Shown here: positions 37,192 to 48,368 of the stretch, in pieces
How the letters are laid out: the number at the start of each line of letters is the position of its first letter
Position numbering within the stretch: the stretch's first letter is position 1
Source: Squalus acanthias
Taxonomy: Eukaryota
NCBI GenBank assembly: GCA_030390025.1
Contig: CM059433.1
Coordinates: 4,340,001 to 4,404,000 of the forward strand
Reading direction: 5' to 3'
DNA: 64,000 bases
Position numbers and translations under genes: made by a program
The notes under the pieces: model-generated
Told to the model about the DNA's origin: nothing
What the model saw: only the letters and a program-made list of their open reading frames with translations
Databases searched by the model: none

Positions 37192-37883
37192 CGGAGTGGC
37201 GCAAGTATGCACCATAGGAATGCAAATGAGGGAATTTTCATTCAACCCTGTGAAGTCCAGCAGGGTTTGCAGTGGAAGTTCCCAGAGGGCGACACTTATG
37301 CCAGATCGCCTACCTGCACATTTTTAGCTCCCTTGCATCCTGACAACCAGGTCATGGATTAAATCACTGGACAGCCAATCAAGGCAACCTGAATTTTATC
37401 GGATTTTGGCTGAACTACTAGATGCTGCATTTCATGGCAACGGGGCTTCCACCGGAGGGTAAAATGAACATTCCCCTTGCTTCCTACCAGCCTGCTACAG
37501 AGCAGCATTAAGACTTGTTGAGGGTAAAAAAAAAAGTAGGAAAACTAAATTGTACAGAATTGCAATGCTACAATAATACAAAGAGTTTGAGCGTTAGTTC
37601 AGTGTGGAAATGACCGAGAGCGATGTTATTGTACAAACAATTAATGTCCTTGGGGAATTCAATGTAAACACTCCAAGTGTTCGTACAATAACAATTCTCA
37701 TAATAATTTCCCAGTTATGAAGTTAGCACACAACACATGGTACATTATCACATCCCTCGTCGCACAAAATCAGCCCAGCATATTGTAAGGACATGAGCTT
37801 GTATTATTTTTTAAATTTTTTAATTGAAATTAGACTTTCATGGTCCCTTTGCCAAGGGATTTACCATTTAAATGTTAACTCAC

Positions 37884-37953
37884 CTTTGGCAATGGTTTCT
37901 GAAATGTCTGCACAGCTAGAAGCATAGGAGCAGCTGTTGACCAGTTATAGTAC
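37884..37953 (-). CDS. LPIN1: Lipin-1 coding exon, M-LIP ([23 protein letters not shown])
   Basis: 70 nt, aatag/gtgagt, conserved YYNW..AAP and FQKPLPK. Confidence 0.96.
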
Positions 37954-38400
37954 CTATTTTTTGTCAAAGATGAAGATTGTATTAATGTCATGTAAAATAT
38001 AGAATCCTGGCAGGTTGATTCATCTTCTATCTACTTCAGTGTTCAACGTGAAATGTGTGGGACGTTTTACCGTGTTAAAGACGCTGTATAAATGCAAGTT
38101 GTTATTGTATGTCTTAACAATCCGTCTAGTTAACAATGAAGCCACATGATGGAAGAATGAGATGCAATGATAGGGACAGTGCTATAAAGTCAATTAACAG
38201 CCTGTTTAGCCCCAGCCAATCCATCATTAAAACGTAGTTATTGTGGGATATATAGCAGAGTCGCAGGCTTATGCAGTGTTTTGATAAAGTGAACTAAAAG
38301 AAGATCTCCCAGTGTGACTGGGGCTTTATCACGAGGCAGCACAGAGCACAGCAGATGAGAGAGAAGATCAGCGAAACTGTGACTGTACCGTAGAAGCCAA

Positions 38401-38424
38401 AGAGAGAGAGAGAGAGAGAGAGAG
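38401..38424. repeat. (AG)12 microsatellite
   Basis: Direct read. Confidence 0.9.
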
Positions 38425-38767
38425 CCAGGTCAAACAGAGTTCTGAAAATATAGTTAAAAAAGCAAACAATTGCTATAAAAAGTGCCCCTTATTGGGCAAA
38501 AATATACGGAAAATATAAATCAATGGATTCCTTTTACTTTTTGATTTATTTTTTTGGTGGTCCCCTTAGACTCTTGCAAAACATTTGAGCAAGATGCTGG
38601 CACAGTATAGGATCAATGCAAATATTAAACATTGAAGTCTGCTCCTAATTAATCACAGAACTCCAAACTGCTACAGAACCCACTTGCAAACTATAAAATA
38701 TTCTGAGCAATCAGTTGGTACAAATTCTCCACTTTGTTTCTCTAACTGTCCATTGCATTGTACTTAC

Positions 38768-38861
38768 TTGCTTCCAATCTTCACAACCAGATTGGGATCA
38801 TCAATGATTCCTGGATTCTCTGCAAACTCTTGATAAGTTACAGAACGCTCCACAAATTGTT
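38768..38861 (-). CDS. LPIN1: Lipin-1 coding exon, M-LIP (QFVERSVTYQEFAENPGIIDDPNLVVKIGS)
   Basis: 94 nt, cttgcag/gtaagt, conserved NPxIIDDPNLVVKIG. Confidence 0.97.
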
Positions 38862-38899
38862 CTGCAAGAACAGAAACATTTGTATTTCAAGCCTTTTCA

Positions 38900-39750
38900 C
38901 AAAATCACAAGATAATTACAGATCTGAAGGCCATTCGGCCCATCGTAATTCATCTATCCAGAAAGACCCCAAGCTCCCCCACTGCAACATCCACGTGTTT
39001 CTTAAAGCATTCCAAGGTTTTTGCCTCCACTACTCTATCTGGGAATCTATCCCATGTGTCGATCACACTTCCTGATATCAGCTCTAAATTTACCTCTTAC
39101 TAGTTCGAACCGATGCCCTCTCGCAACTTAAAGTAATTTAAGATTTACCTTTACCGTACCATTTACAATCTTGTAAATCTCCAAGACCAGCTCTCAGATG
39201 CCTCTTTTCCAGACTGAAACACCCAAGATTCTCCAGTCTTTCCTCATAGCTCACACCTCTAACACGAGGGATTAGCCTCATGGCTCTTCTCGGCTCTGCC
39301 TCCAGCACTTGAATCTCTCTCGTGTTTTGGCAATCACAAATGGACAAGTACTCAAGGTGTGGTCTGACAAAGTACTGCACAGTCTGAACAGGACTTGTTC
39401 TGAATTGTACTCTACTGTTTCGGTTATATATTTTATTGGCTTTGTTAATTACTGCTAGGCATTAATTAGACATGTTGAATGTCAAGTCAACCAAGATTTC
39501 ATTCAATTTCATCCTTAGCTCTTCCAATATCATTAGCCGCCATCCTTCTTACACCCAGTGTCCACAGTAAATTTCATCTCATTGCTCGGCCCACTTACAT
39601 ATTTTGTCATTTCTGATTTACCTTTTCTGAAACCACCGCTCTTTCTAGTCTGGTTATCATCTTCAAATTTGCGCTGAGCCACAGATATAAACTGGAAACA
39701 GCAGTGGTCCCAAGAATGATCTCCAAGGCACCCCGCTCAGTACTCCCCCA
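38900..39750 (-). mobile_element. Old degenerate CR1 LINE
   Basis: FVRPHLEY..SYEERLENLGCFSLEKR (ORF 39138..39380). Confidence 0.65.
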
Positions 39751-40848
39751 ACCCCCTGACGGCTAAAACGCATTGTACGAGACAAGAATGATCAGAAAAT
39801 AGTAAAGCAGCCAAATAATACACTGCAAAAAGAAAAAAACCCTAAAGGGAGGTATTATCCCTTTATTATACTGAAAGGCATGATGTTCAAAATAAATTGC
39901 CTACAGCATGATTTATTTACTTTTCAACTATTTTTGAAAGATAAATTTGGTGAATTTTTCTCCTGTGAAATGGAACATTTTCCCTTTTTCTTTACGCTCA
40001 GTGGAAGCATCAACAGAGTCAAATCCGAGGTTACGTGGGTGTGATGCAGAAGGAAGGTCCCTCTACTCTTGCGATCATGGAAAATAGTCCCTTATTGCAC
40101 CTGTGTGCTATTTTCATTTCCACAGCAGCCATCTCCCTGGCTTCTCCTAGCAGGGCTTCTTTGTAATTTCATACCAATTAGTTCTGAATTTTGGACAGCA
40201 TGCATTTGTGGATTTGAGCCCATCAGGAACTGGGCTGAGCATAGCAAACTCACTGAAATAGAATTCTGTTTTCTCCCCATTAGGAAGTGAAACCTCACTC
40301 TCTCCTCAGAACAAGAACATACTATTTGACTTGTCACACCTGTTCCTCACCACAAACCCTATATAATCTATCATGAACTGCGTCCAGTTTATTTAATTTT
40401 TGAGGGAGGTTAATAATGACAGGTAAAACCTACAACATAAATCTCTGTCTTCCAGATCTCCCAAAGTAATTAGTGAAAACCTCAATCTAATGGTCCAAAC
40501 TACAATCTTCAAACCTGAACAGTTGCACGCCACAGATGTTTCTGTAGTCCCAGCAGCATAGGACCCACAGTGGATCATTAATGTCGATGCATATTCTTAT
40601 AACCTAAAGCACGCTCTTAACTGGATATTCTTCCAGCTCGTTCCCAAAGGAGTTAGAATTGATGTAGCATTAACTGCTTTTGACGGGGGTCTCTTCCACA
40701 CGACTCGTGAGATTGTACTTTCCTCGGACTGAGGAGGATTGGTACAGCTTATGACTGGTTCACTGTAAATTAGGTCAGTGGAATGTATCCAAACTAAACT
40801 AGAAAAATGCCTGATTGAACTTAAGTGTTCTCATTTATTAGATATAAA

Positions 40849-41609
40849 GGGCCAGAAATTCAGCTCTCCGGCTTCCTGCGGGTGCAAGCATCGCGCGTGT
40901 ACTTGCCTACCGCGCCTGCAGTTGTGCTTCGGGCCCACGAGGACTTTGGGTCCTGGGCCTCCTCCAGCTGCCGGCGCGCAGTGCTTGTGTATCCCAGGGG
41001 AGCAGTTAGTTCGAAGCGTCCCCTGGGATCACGTGGGCCATGGAGAGCCAATCCTAACAGGGCATTTTCATTCATAGATTTGACAGGAAGACCTGTCAAA
41101 TCTATGAATAGAGATTGGCCCCAAAACTACACTTAAACTTCAAATAAATTTTTTAAAAATCACATTTTTAAAATAACTATAAGTTAAATAAATTAACTAC
41201 TTTAAACAAAAATTTAAATTTTTGAAAAAATTAATTATACTTTGTAACGGTGCTAAAAATAAACTTACCTTTCTTTAAAGTATCTAAAAAAGATAAACCT
41301 GTTGAAAAAATGTTTAAATTGTAATTAATTAACCACTTACCTTGTTAAAAACAGGCCTTGCACCTCCTTTTTAAAAGTGCAGCTTCTTCATACTTACCCT
41401 CCCGGAGAAACCTGAAAAAAAAACTGAAGTTCGCTGCGTGCGCGCAGCCTCTCCCGCGCACGCGTTCGATTTCTGAACCCCTCCCTTCAGGGGAACGGAA
41501 GTTCCGGTTTCCCGCGCATGCGCAGTGCATCAGGAAACCGGCACTTCAGGTGGCCTTACGGGTGAGTACACAGCGCGTACTCACCCGACAACTGCCGAAT
41601 TTCTGGCCC
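40849..41609 (-). mobile_element. Harbinger-type MITE, copy 2
   Basis: TIR gggccagaaattc at both ends, 3-bp TSD aaa. Inverted homolog of 12756-13511. Confidence 0.9.
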
Positions 41610-41686
41610 AAAGTAAATTAATAGTAAATGATGTGCCTCAGATGCCTGGTGTACAAATCACACCTACATTACATCCAGTTGGTAGT

Positions 41687-42157
41687 GTCAGCTGTGGCTC
41701 AGTGGGTAGCACACTCGCCTCCGAGTCAGAAGGTTGTGGGTTCAAGTCCCACTCCAGGGACTTGAGCTCATAAAGCTAGGCTGACGCTCCAGTGCATTAC
41801 TGAGGGAGTGCTGCTCTATCGGAGGTGCCGTCGCTCGGATGAGACATTAAACCGAGGCCCCGTCTGCTCTCTCAGGTGGACGTAAAAGATCCCGCAGCAC
41901 TATTTCGAAGAAGAGCAGGGGAGTTATCCCCGCTGTCCTGGGGCCAATATTTATCCCTCAACTAACAAAACAGATTATCTGGCTATTATCACATTGCTGT
42001 TTGTGGGAGCTTGCTGTGCGCAAAATTGGCTGCCGCGTTTCCCACATTACAACAGTGACTCCCCTTCAAAAAAAAAGTACTTCATTGGCTGTAAAGCGCT
42101 TTGAGACGTCCAGTGGTCGTGAAAGGCGCTATATAAATGCAAGTCTTTCTTTCTTTT
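41687..42157 (+). mobile_element. Full-length SacSINE1/DeuSINE-type tRNA SINE
   Basis: A box tggctcagtggg and B box ggttcaagtcc. Central Deu-like domain (ggaggtgccgtc..ggatgagac..aaaccgaggcccc). L2-like 3' tail ggcgctatataaatgcaagtctttctt. Confidence 0.85.
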
Positions 42158-42333
42158 ATGGGTTGATGGACAACCACCTACCAAAAACATTTAACTAAAA
42201 TCAGGCCACACAGCAGTTAGATGAATACATTGGTTGTTGTGGCATATTTGCAACATATGGATTAAATAGAGTGGGTCTTACTTTGTTACTATTTCTGTGG
42301 CAAGCACACGTTTGAGCCTCATGGAATTCTTAC

Positions 42334-42521
42334 CTTTCGTTATTTCTTTATAGTCATTAAGTCCGCCACAGAGTGAAATGGCGATGGTCGGCAAGTCCCC
42401 AATAGTGTCAGAGAAGCTGTCAACTCCACTGTCCATTCCAGAGCTTCCGACAGACTGTGGTGACTGACTTTCTAAATGTGCTCCATTTTCAGGCCAATTC
42501 CTACTCGCTGCGCCATTTTCA
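42334..42521 (-). CDS. LPIN1: Lipin-1 coding exon (...SQSPQSVGSSGMDSGVDS...IAISLCGGLNDYKEITK), start of M-LIP
   Basis: 188 nt, ttttgcag/gtaaga, conserved QSPQSVGSSG and ISLCGGL. Confidence 0.97.
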
Positions 42522-42631
42522 CTGCAAAAGAAAGAATTACAGGACTTTTTTTTAGCATGTCAGATACTTTCTAGTTTACATTATGCCAACCACCGAGCTC
42601 AAAAGAAAATCGACAGCTTCCTGGAAATTAC

Positions 42632-42725
42632 CATTTTGGAAAATAAAGTGCTGCAACTTCAGGATTCATCTCCGTGAGATCATCCAGGTAGACGCCATCA
42701 GCACCCAGATGACGGCTGCGCTTAT
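42632..42725 (-). CDS. LPIN1: Lipin-1 coding exon ([31 protein letters not shown])
   Basis: 94 nt, cccag/gtaatt. Near-identical to mammalian lipin-1 [17 protein letters not shown]. Confidence 0.97.
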
Positions 42726-43034
42726 CTGGGGTGAAGAAAAAGAAACTGTAGATTTATTCTGGACTTCAGGACCCGTGTCACTTCCATTGTACCAACACGA
42801 GAGACATCAATTAGAAGATCACACACAAATCCCAATCCTACATATTGCTATAGAATTCCAGCAAATCTTTTAAATGAACTGTTTTTTTCCCCCCATCTGC
42901 AAGGGGAGATCGTCTACTGCAATGAAACAGATCTCTTAGCAGATTGGCACAGATAAAACTCACTTCATTCACAGTCTCAGTCCTCGGGCGATGTTCCAGT
43001 TGACCACGCACCATGCTAATTCGCTCCACTTTTC

Positions 43035-43262
43035 ACCCCCCCACCCGAACCCCACCCCCACCACCCCCTCCCCCCACCCACACACCCCCGACCCTCCACC
43101 CCAACCCACAACCCCTCACCCTCACCCCCACCCCACAACTCCCCTCCCCCCACCCACACAGCCCCACTCCACCCCCCCACCCACACCGCCCCACTCCACC
43201 CCCCCACCCACACCACCCCCCCCCCACCCCCACACGCACCCACACCCCCCACCCCAACCCAA
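43035..43262. repeat. C-rich (CCCCA)n-like low-complexity tract (G-rich on LPIN1 sense strand)
   Basis: Direct read; source of Pro/Gly-rich pseudo-ORFs. Confidence 0.9.
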
Positions 43263-43974
43263 CAGAAACAGTTTGCAAATGAATGCGCCGTATTTTGGAA
43301 ACATAACTTATGGAACAGCAGAAGGAACAAAAGAGAAAGTTTTACAGAAGAAAGAAACTGCTCGTTTGGTCTGGAAATATACAATAGAAAGGTTGAATAC
43401 ATTCTGCTCTGGGAGCTGCACAAGCATGTGAAACCTTTCAATGTAATACAGGAAAGTTTAACGGTGTGAGACCTTGGTTTTTAAAATGCCTGGCAGGAAT
43501 TACAGACTTGTAAGTGGATATGCAGCCTCAAATTTTTGTTGCATATTATAAGAGGGGTCTTGACATGTCCTGAGTTTCTTGCTGGCTATTCTGGGCTTTG
43601 CTTAGTCAGGGTTCTGTGAATGAACCACCGGTATAGCTGCCAACAGCATTATCTACATTTCAAATTTCTGGCAGCTCATTTGATATTTCATCTGCTACTC
43701 AATGTGTCGTGCAGAGATAAGAGCTCACCTTGTGGGGAACTGCAGAGGAGAATCTACTTCTAGACTCCAAAGAGGAAACATTTTTCAAATGGAACAGCCT
43801 GCACTTTCATGACTTGGTCACTGTTAGCCACAATGCCCTTTATACAGAATTACTAAAAATTGATGCAGAGGTTTCAGATCTTCGAATTATCCCTAGTTCG
43901 CTGATGTTTCTTGTACCAGGGCAAGACCTACGTAGCTCATTTCTAATACTCAAAAGTCAACACTCAAGGTAATC

Positions 43975-44170
43975 AAAAGCAAAATACTGCGGATGCTGGA
44001 ATTCTGAAATAAAAACAGAAAGTGCTGGAAATACTCAGCGGGTCAGGCAGCATCTGTAGAAAGAGAGAAACAGAGTTAACGTTTCAGGTCGATGACCCTT
44101 CCGTCAGAACTGTTTCGTCAGCAGATCTGACGAAGGGTCATCGACCTGAAACGTCCACTCTGTTTCTCAC
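43975..44170. mobile_element. Penelope pLTR stub with short inverted copy and two degenerate hammerhead motifs
   Basis: 43975-44112 is the reverse complement of the pLTR end at 18125-18258 (core mutated to CTGACGG). 44127-44155 reads CTGACGA..GAAACGTC on + strand. Confidence 0.8.
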
Positions 44171-44372
44171 TCATGTTCATCAGTTAGTTTCTAAGATTTC
44201 AGGACCGCTGCACTCTACTCTGATAGTATTCAACACTTGTATATGTATGTGTCCCATTAAGTAGTATTTTTATTCTTTTATGAAAAATTAAGACTAAGAT
44301 CATGCAGTTTCGTTTCACAATCATAGCATCTGTAGCACAGTGATTCCCTGGTGCCACTTCAGGCAATCTTAC

Positions 44373-44690
44373 CTTTCTTCTTGGATGGGGAGTCAGTTTT
44401 GCTGATCGGCTTGATCTGATTGCCAATATGGTTTGACTCGCTATTTTCTAGCACCAATGGAGCCATTGCTGTTGAGGGTTCAAAGTTTTCTGAACCAGGG
44501 GTAAAACTGTCCACCGACTCAGACGTAATCTCTCCTGCTGCTAAAGGCTCGGGTTTCACGATTGGCGGGGGAGTCAATGAACGGTCATGAGAGTTGACGA
44601 AAGGCGCGCTCTCAATCACCCTGAAGTGAGTGTTTCCTGATGGAGTGATGTTTACCCTGTTTAGTTCTCTGTTTTCTGATGGGCAAGGAG
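44373..44690 (-). CDS. LPIN1: Lipin-1 coding exon (APCPSEN...ITPSGNTHFRVIES...KTDSPSKKK); 5' boundary 1 nt out of phase with the upstream exon
   Basis: ORF 44359..44721 with THFRVI and KTDSPSKKK motifs. G|gtaag donor is in phase with the next exon. ttttttgtcag acceptor is phase 1, whereas the upstream donor is phase 0. Confidence 0.85.
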
Positions 44691-45249
44691 CTGACAAAAA
44701 AAGATTCAGGATGATTAACATTTGTTACACTTATTTATCCATACCAAGCGTTATCAAAATCGTTCCACGTCTAATAAACTACAGAACGGCTAGCTTTAAT
44801 AAGAGGACTTTCACTACTCCTCGGATTGCTGGGTGTGGATGCACAAAAAAAAAACACTCAAATCCCAGAGTTAGGCAGCTACAGAGAGAGAGAGCGAGAA
44901 AAACCAAGAGAAAGGGGAGAAATATAAGAGAGAAAAAGGGAAAGAGTAAAAGAGGGAGAATGAAGAGAAAACAGTGCCACATGACAGACTGTTAACCATG
45001 TTAATGTGGTGGTCGCACATACACGGCTCACAACTACAAATATCATACCATACCATTTTAACATCTCCGGTTTTAAAATATGATGTATAAAATATATCAC
45101 TTGTGTATAAAATATATCACTTGTGTATAAGCTAATCAAATATCTTCTCACTGGATCACACCAGTAATAAATTGGGGAAAATCCATTTATCCGAACATTA
45201 AAATTCCCAATGGGGTGAAGAAGCTGATATTACAGGCAAAGACACAGAG

Positions 45250-45518
45250 CTTTAAAAGCAGGATTGTAGGTGGAAAAAAACCATAACTGTGCAAATGGGA
45301 TTCTGCGCTTTATATATACACAAGAGCATTAAATACAGAAGCAAGGAGGTAGTGATGCATCTGTACAAGATATTGGTTAGACCACAGTAGTTGTGTAGTT
45401 TTGGGCACCCATTGCAGAAAGGATATTGGAGCTCTAAAGAAGTACAATGTAAATTCACTAGGGTGGTAACAGGGGTTAAGAGGATATAGTTAAAATAAGA
45501 AACTATATTCACTCTATA
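45250..45518 (+). mobile_element. Old CR1 fragment
   Basis: ctgtacaagatattggttagaccacag..ttttgggcacc..aggatat (LYKILVRPQ..FWAP..KD). Confidence 0.55.
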
Positions 45519-45983
45519 TTTTTGGTCAATGGTGACCTCCCATCAACATCCTGGGGGTCACCATTGACCAGAAACTTAACTGGACCAGTCACATAAATAC
45601 TGTGGCAACAAGAGCAGGTCAGAGGCTGGGTATTCTGTGGCGAGTGTCTCACCTCCTGACTCCCCAAAGCCTTTCCACCATCTACAAGGCACAAGTAAGG
45701 AGTGTGATGGAATACTCGCCACTTGCCTGGATGAGTGCAGCTCCAACAACACTCGAAGCTCGACACCATCCAGGACAAAGCAGCCCGCTTGATTGGCACC
45801 CCATCCACCACCTTAAACATTCACTCCCTCCACCACCGGCGTACCGTGGCTGCAGTGTGCACCATCTACAAGATGCACTGCAGCAACTCGCCAAGGCTTC
45901 TTCGGCAGCACCTCCCAAACCCACCACCTCCAACACCTAGAAGGACAAGGGCAGCAGGCGCATGGGAACACCACCACCTCCAA
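45519..45983 (+). mobile_element. HER1-type LINE fragment
   Basis: ATRAGQRLGILWRV..IYKAQVRSVMEYSPLAWM. Confidence 0.85.
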
Positions 45984-46043
45984 GCACTGGCATTATGAAC
46001 ACACTTTCACAATTACATAATTTTTAAACATTTTTCCAGTTAC

Positions 46044-46173
46044 CTTGGGAGTTTGAGGGAGTTCTCCCCAAGCCCAGTGCATTTCTGCATTGATTCTTTT
46101 CATCCCTCTTTCTGAAGGCTTGCTGACCAATTCGGAATCACTGTTAGGAGTAGGAGGGCGGGATCTTGAAGCA
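46044..46173 (-). CDS. LPIN1: Lipin-1 coding exon (SRPPTPNSDSELVSK...MHWAWGELPQTPK)
   Basis: tttccag acceptor, AAG|gtaact donor, 130 nt. Contains the lipin-conserved SDSEL and WxWGELP motifs. Confidence 0.93.
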
Positions 46174-46646
46174 CTGGAAAATAATTGAGTAAATCTTCAA
46201 TGGAAATAAAAATCAGGAGACGTAAATCAGACCGCCGACTCGCTATCCCCTGTTTTAAACGATCGCACAAAGTCTAAATCTGCCCCGACGTATTTTAGTC
46301 TGGGGAGATGAAGATTCAGCTTCTAACTTTTTTACAAAATATATCTTTGCCTCTTTTTAATGAGCCCAACCCAGGATTCTCTATAACTTGCATCTATTAA
46401 TGCAATTAAATCCTTGCACAAATATAACACTGGCACACTTTATTAATGTGTTAAATGAACAATGACATTTGCCATGCGAACAGCTGATTTTCCACAACTC
46501 TTTATCCTTATCTGGGATAGAACTGTAATAGTGTCCATATAAAAAATGTACTACGATTCAAAAATATATTGACACTCCATTATCTGTTAAACAGGATGAA
46601 ATAGAAGTTAGTCATTATTACTGAGATGAAAATGCAGCAGAGTTGC

Positions 46647-48368
46647 TTCCTCGAAGGTTCCCCCCTGCCCTAGCCCTGAACTCACTTCTTTCTCCAGGTT
46701 CTCTCCGATCTCCCCTCATGACCTCTCCGCGCTCAGCTTGTCTATGAGACCCACCTCCTGCTCCCTTGACCCTATTCCCACCAAACTGCTGACCACCCAA
46801 CTTCCTTTTCTAGCTCCCATGTTAGCTGATATTGTTAACGGTTCTCTCTCCTCAGGTACTGTCCCCCTCTCCCTCAAATCTGCCATCATCACCCCTCTAC
46901 TCAAAAAACCAAACCTTGATCCCTCCGTCCTTGCAAACTACCGCCCGATCTCCAACCTCCCTTTCCTCTCCAAAGTGCTTGAATGTGTTGTTGCCTCCCA
47001 AATCCGTGCCCATCTTTCAATCCCTCCAATCAGGTTTCCGCCCTTGCCACAGTACCAAAACGGCTCTCATCAAAGTCACAAATAATATTCTTTGTGACTG
47101 TGACAAAGGTAAATTATCCCTCCTTGTCCTTCTTGACTTGTCTGCAGCCTTTGACAGGGTTGACCACGCCATCCTTCTCCAACACCTCTCCACCATCGTC
47201 CAGCTGGGTGGGACTGCACTCGCCTGGTTCCATTCTGATCTATCTAATCGTAACCAGAGAATCACCTGCAACGGCTTCTCTTCCCGCTCCCGCATTGTTA
47301 CCTCTGGTGTCCCCCAAGGATCTATCCTTCGGCCCCTCCTATTTCTCATCTACATGTTTGCCCTTTGGCGACATCATCCAAAAACACGGCGTCAGTTTCC
47401 ACATGTACGCTGACGACACCCAGCTCTACCTCACTACCTCCTCTCTCGACCCCTCCACCGTGTCTAAATTGGCAGACTGCTTGTCCGACATCCAGTTCTG
47501 GATGAGCAGAACTTTTCTCCAACTAAATATTAGGAAGACCGAAGCCATTGTTTTCGGTCCCCGCCACAAACTCCAATCCCTAGCCACCGACTCCATCCCT
47601 CTCCCTAACATCTGTCTGAGGCTGAACCACACTGTTCGCAACCTTGGTGTCATATTTGACCCTGAAATGAGCTTCTGACCACATATCCGCAGCATAACAA
47701 AGACCGCCTATTTCCACTTCCGTAACATCGCCTGTCTCCGCCCTTGCCTCAGCTCATCCGCTGCTGAAACCCTCATCCATGCCTTTGTTACCTCCAGACT
47801 TGACTATTCCAATGCACTCCTGGCTGACCTCCCACATTCCACCCTACGTAAACTTGGTGATCCAGAACTCGGCTGCCCGTGTCCTAACTCGCACCAAGTC
47901 CCGTTCGCCCATCACCCCTGTGCTCACTGACCTACATTGGCTCCCGGTTAAGCAGCGCCTCGATATCAAAATTCTCATCCTTGGTTTCAAATCCCTCCAT
48001 GGCCTCGCCCCTTCCTATCTCTGTAATCTCCTTCAGCCCCACAACCCCCCGAGATATCTGCGCTCCTCTAATTCTGTCCTCTTGAGCATCCCCGATTATA
48101 ATCGCTCAACCATTGGTGGCCGTGCCTTCTGTTGCCTGGGCCCTAAGCTCTGGAATTCCCTGCCTAAACCTCTCCGCCTCGCTACCTCTCTCTCCTCCTT
48201 TAAGACGCTCCTTAAAACCTACCTCTTTGACCAAGCTTTTGGTCACCTGCCCTAATTTATCCTTATGTGGCTCGGTGTCAAATTTTTTTGTCTTATAATA
48301 CTCCTGTGCAGCGCCTTGGGACGTTTTACTACATTAAAGGCTCTATATAAATACAAGTTGTTGTTGTT
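46647..48368 (+). mobile_element. L2 LINE, 1.7 kb 5'-truncated copy with frameshifted RT
   Basis: NYRPISNLPFLSKVLE, LLDLSAAFDRVDH, GVPQGSIL, HMYADDTQLY; (gtt)n tail. Confidence 0.93.

Noticed and set aside
40597..40762. Possible alternative terminal LPIN1 exon (ttacag|T GAA CCA...RACFRL*)
   Set aside because: Only in phase if the conserved 42334-42521 exon is skipped. Poor pyrimidine tract and no lipin similarity.
41687..41765. tRNA-like sequence (also at 57153 and near 7045)
   Set aside because: It is the tRNA-derived head of a SINE and continues directly into the SINE body.
42991..43441. Pro/Thr- and Gly/Val-rich ORFs
   Set aside because: Produced by the (CCCCA)n low-complexity tract.
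44074..44160. Third pair of hammerhead motifs as active ribozymes
   Set aside because: The minus copy has a disrupted core (CTGACGG) and the plus copy lacks a pairing stem I. Kept only as a Penelope stub.
45084..45130. 20-bp tandem duplication tgtataaaatatatcacttg
   Set aside because: Simple local slippage duplication; two units only, not a CRISPR-like array.
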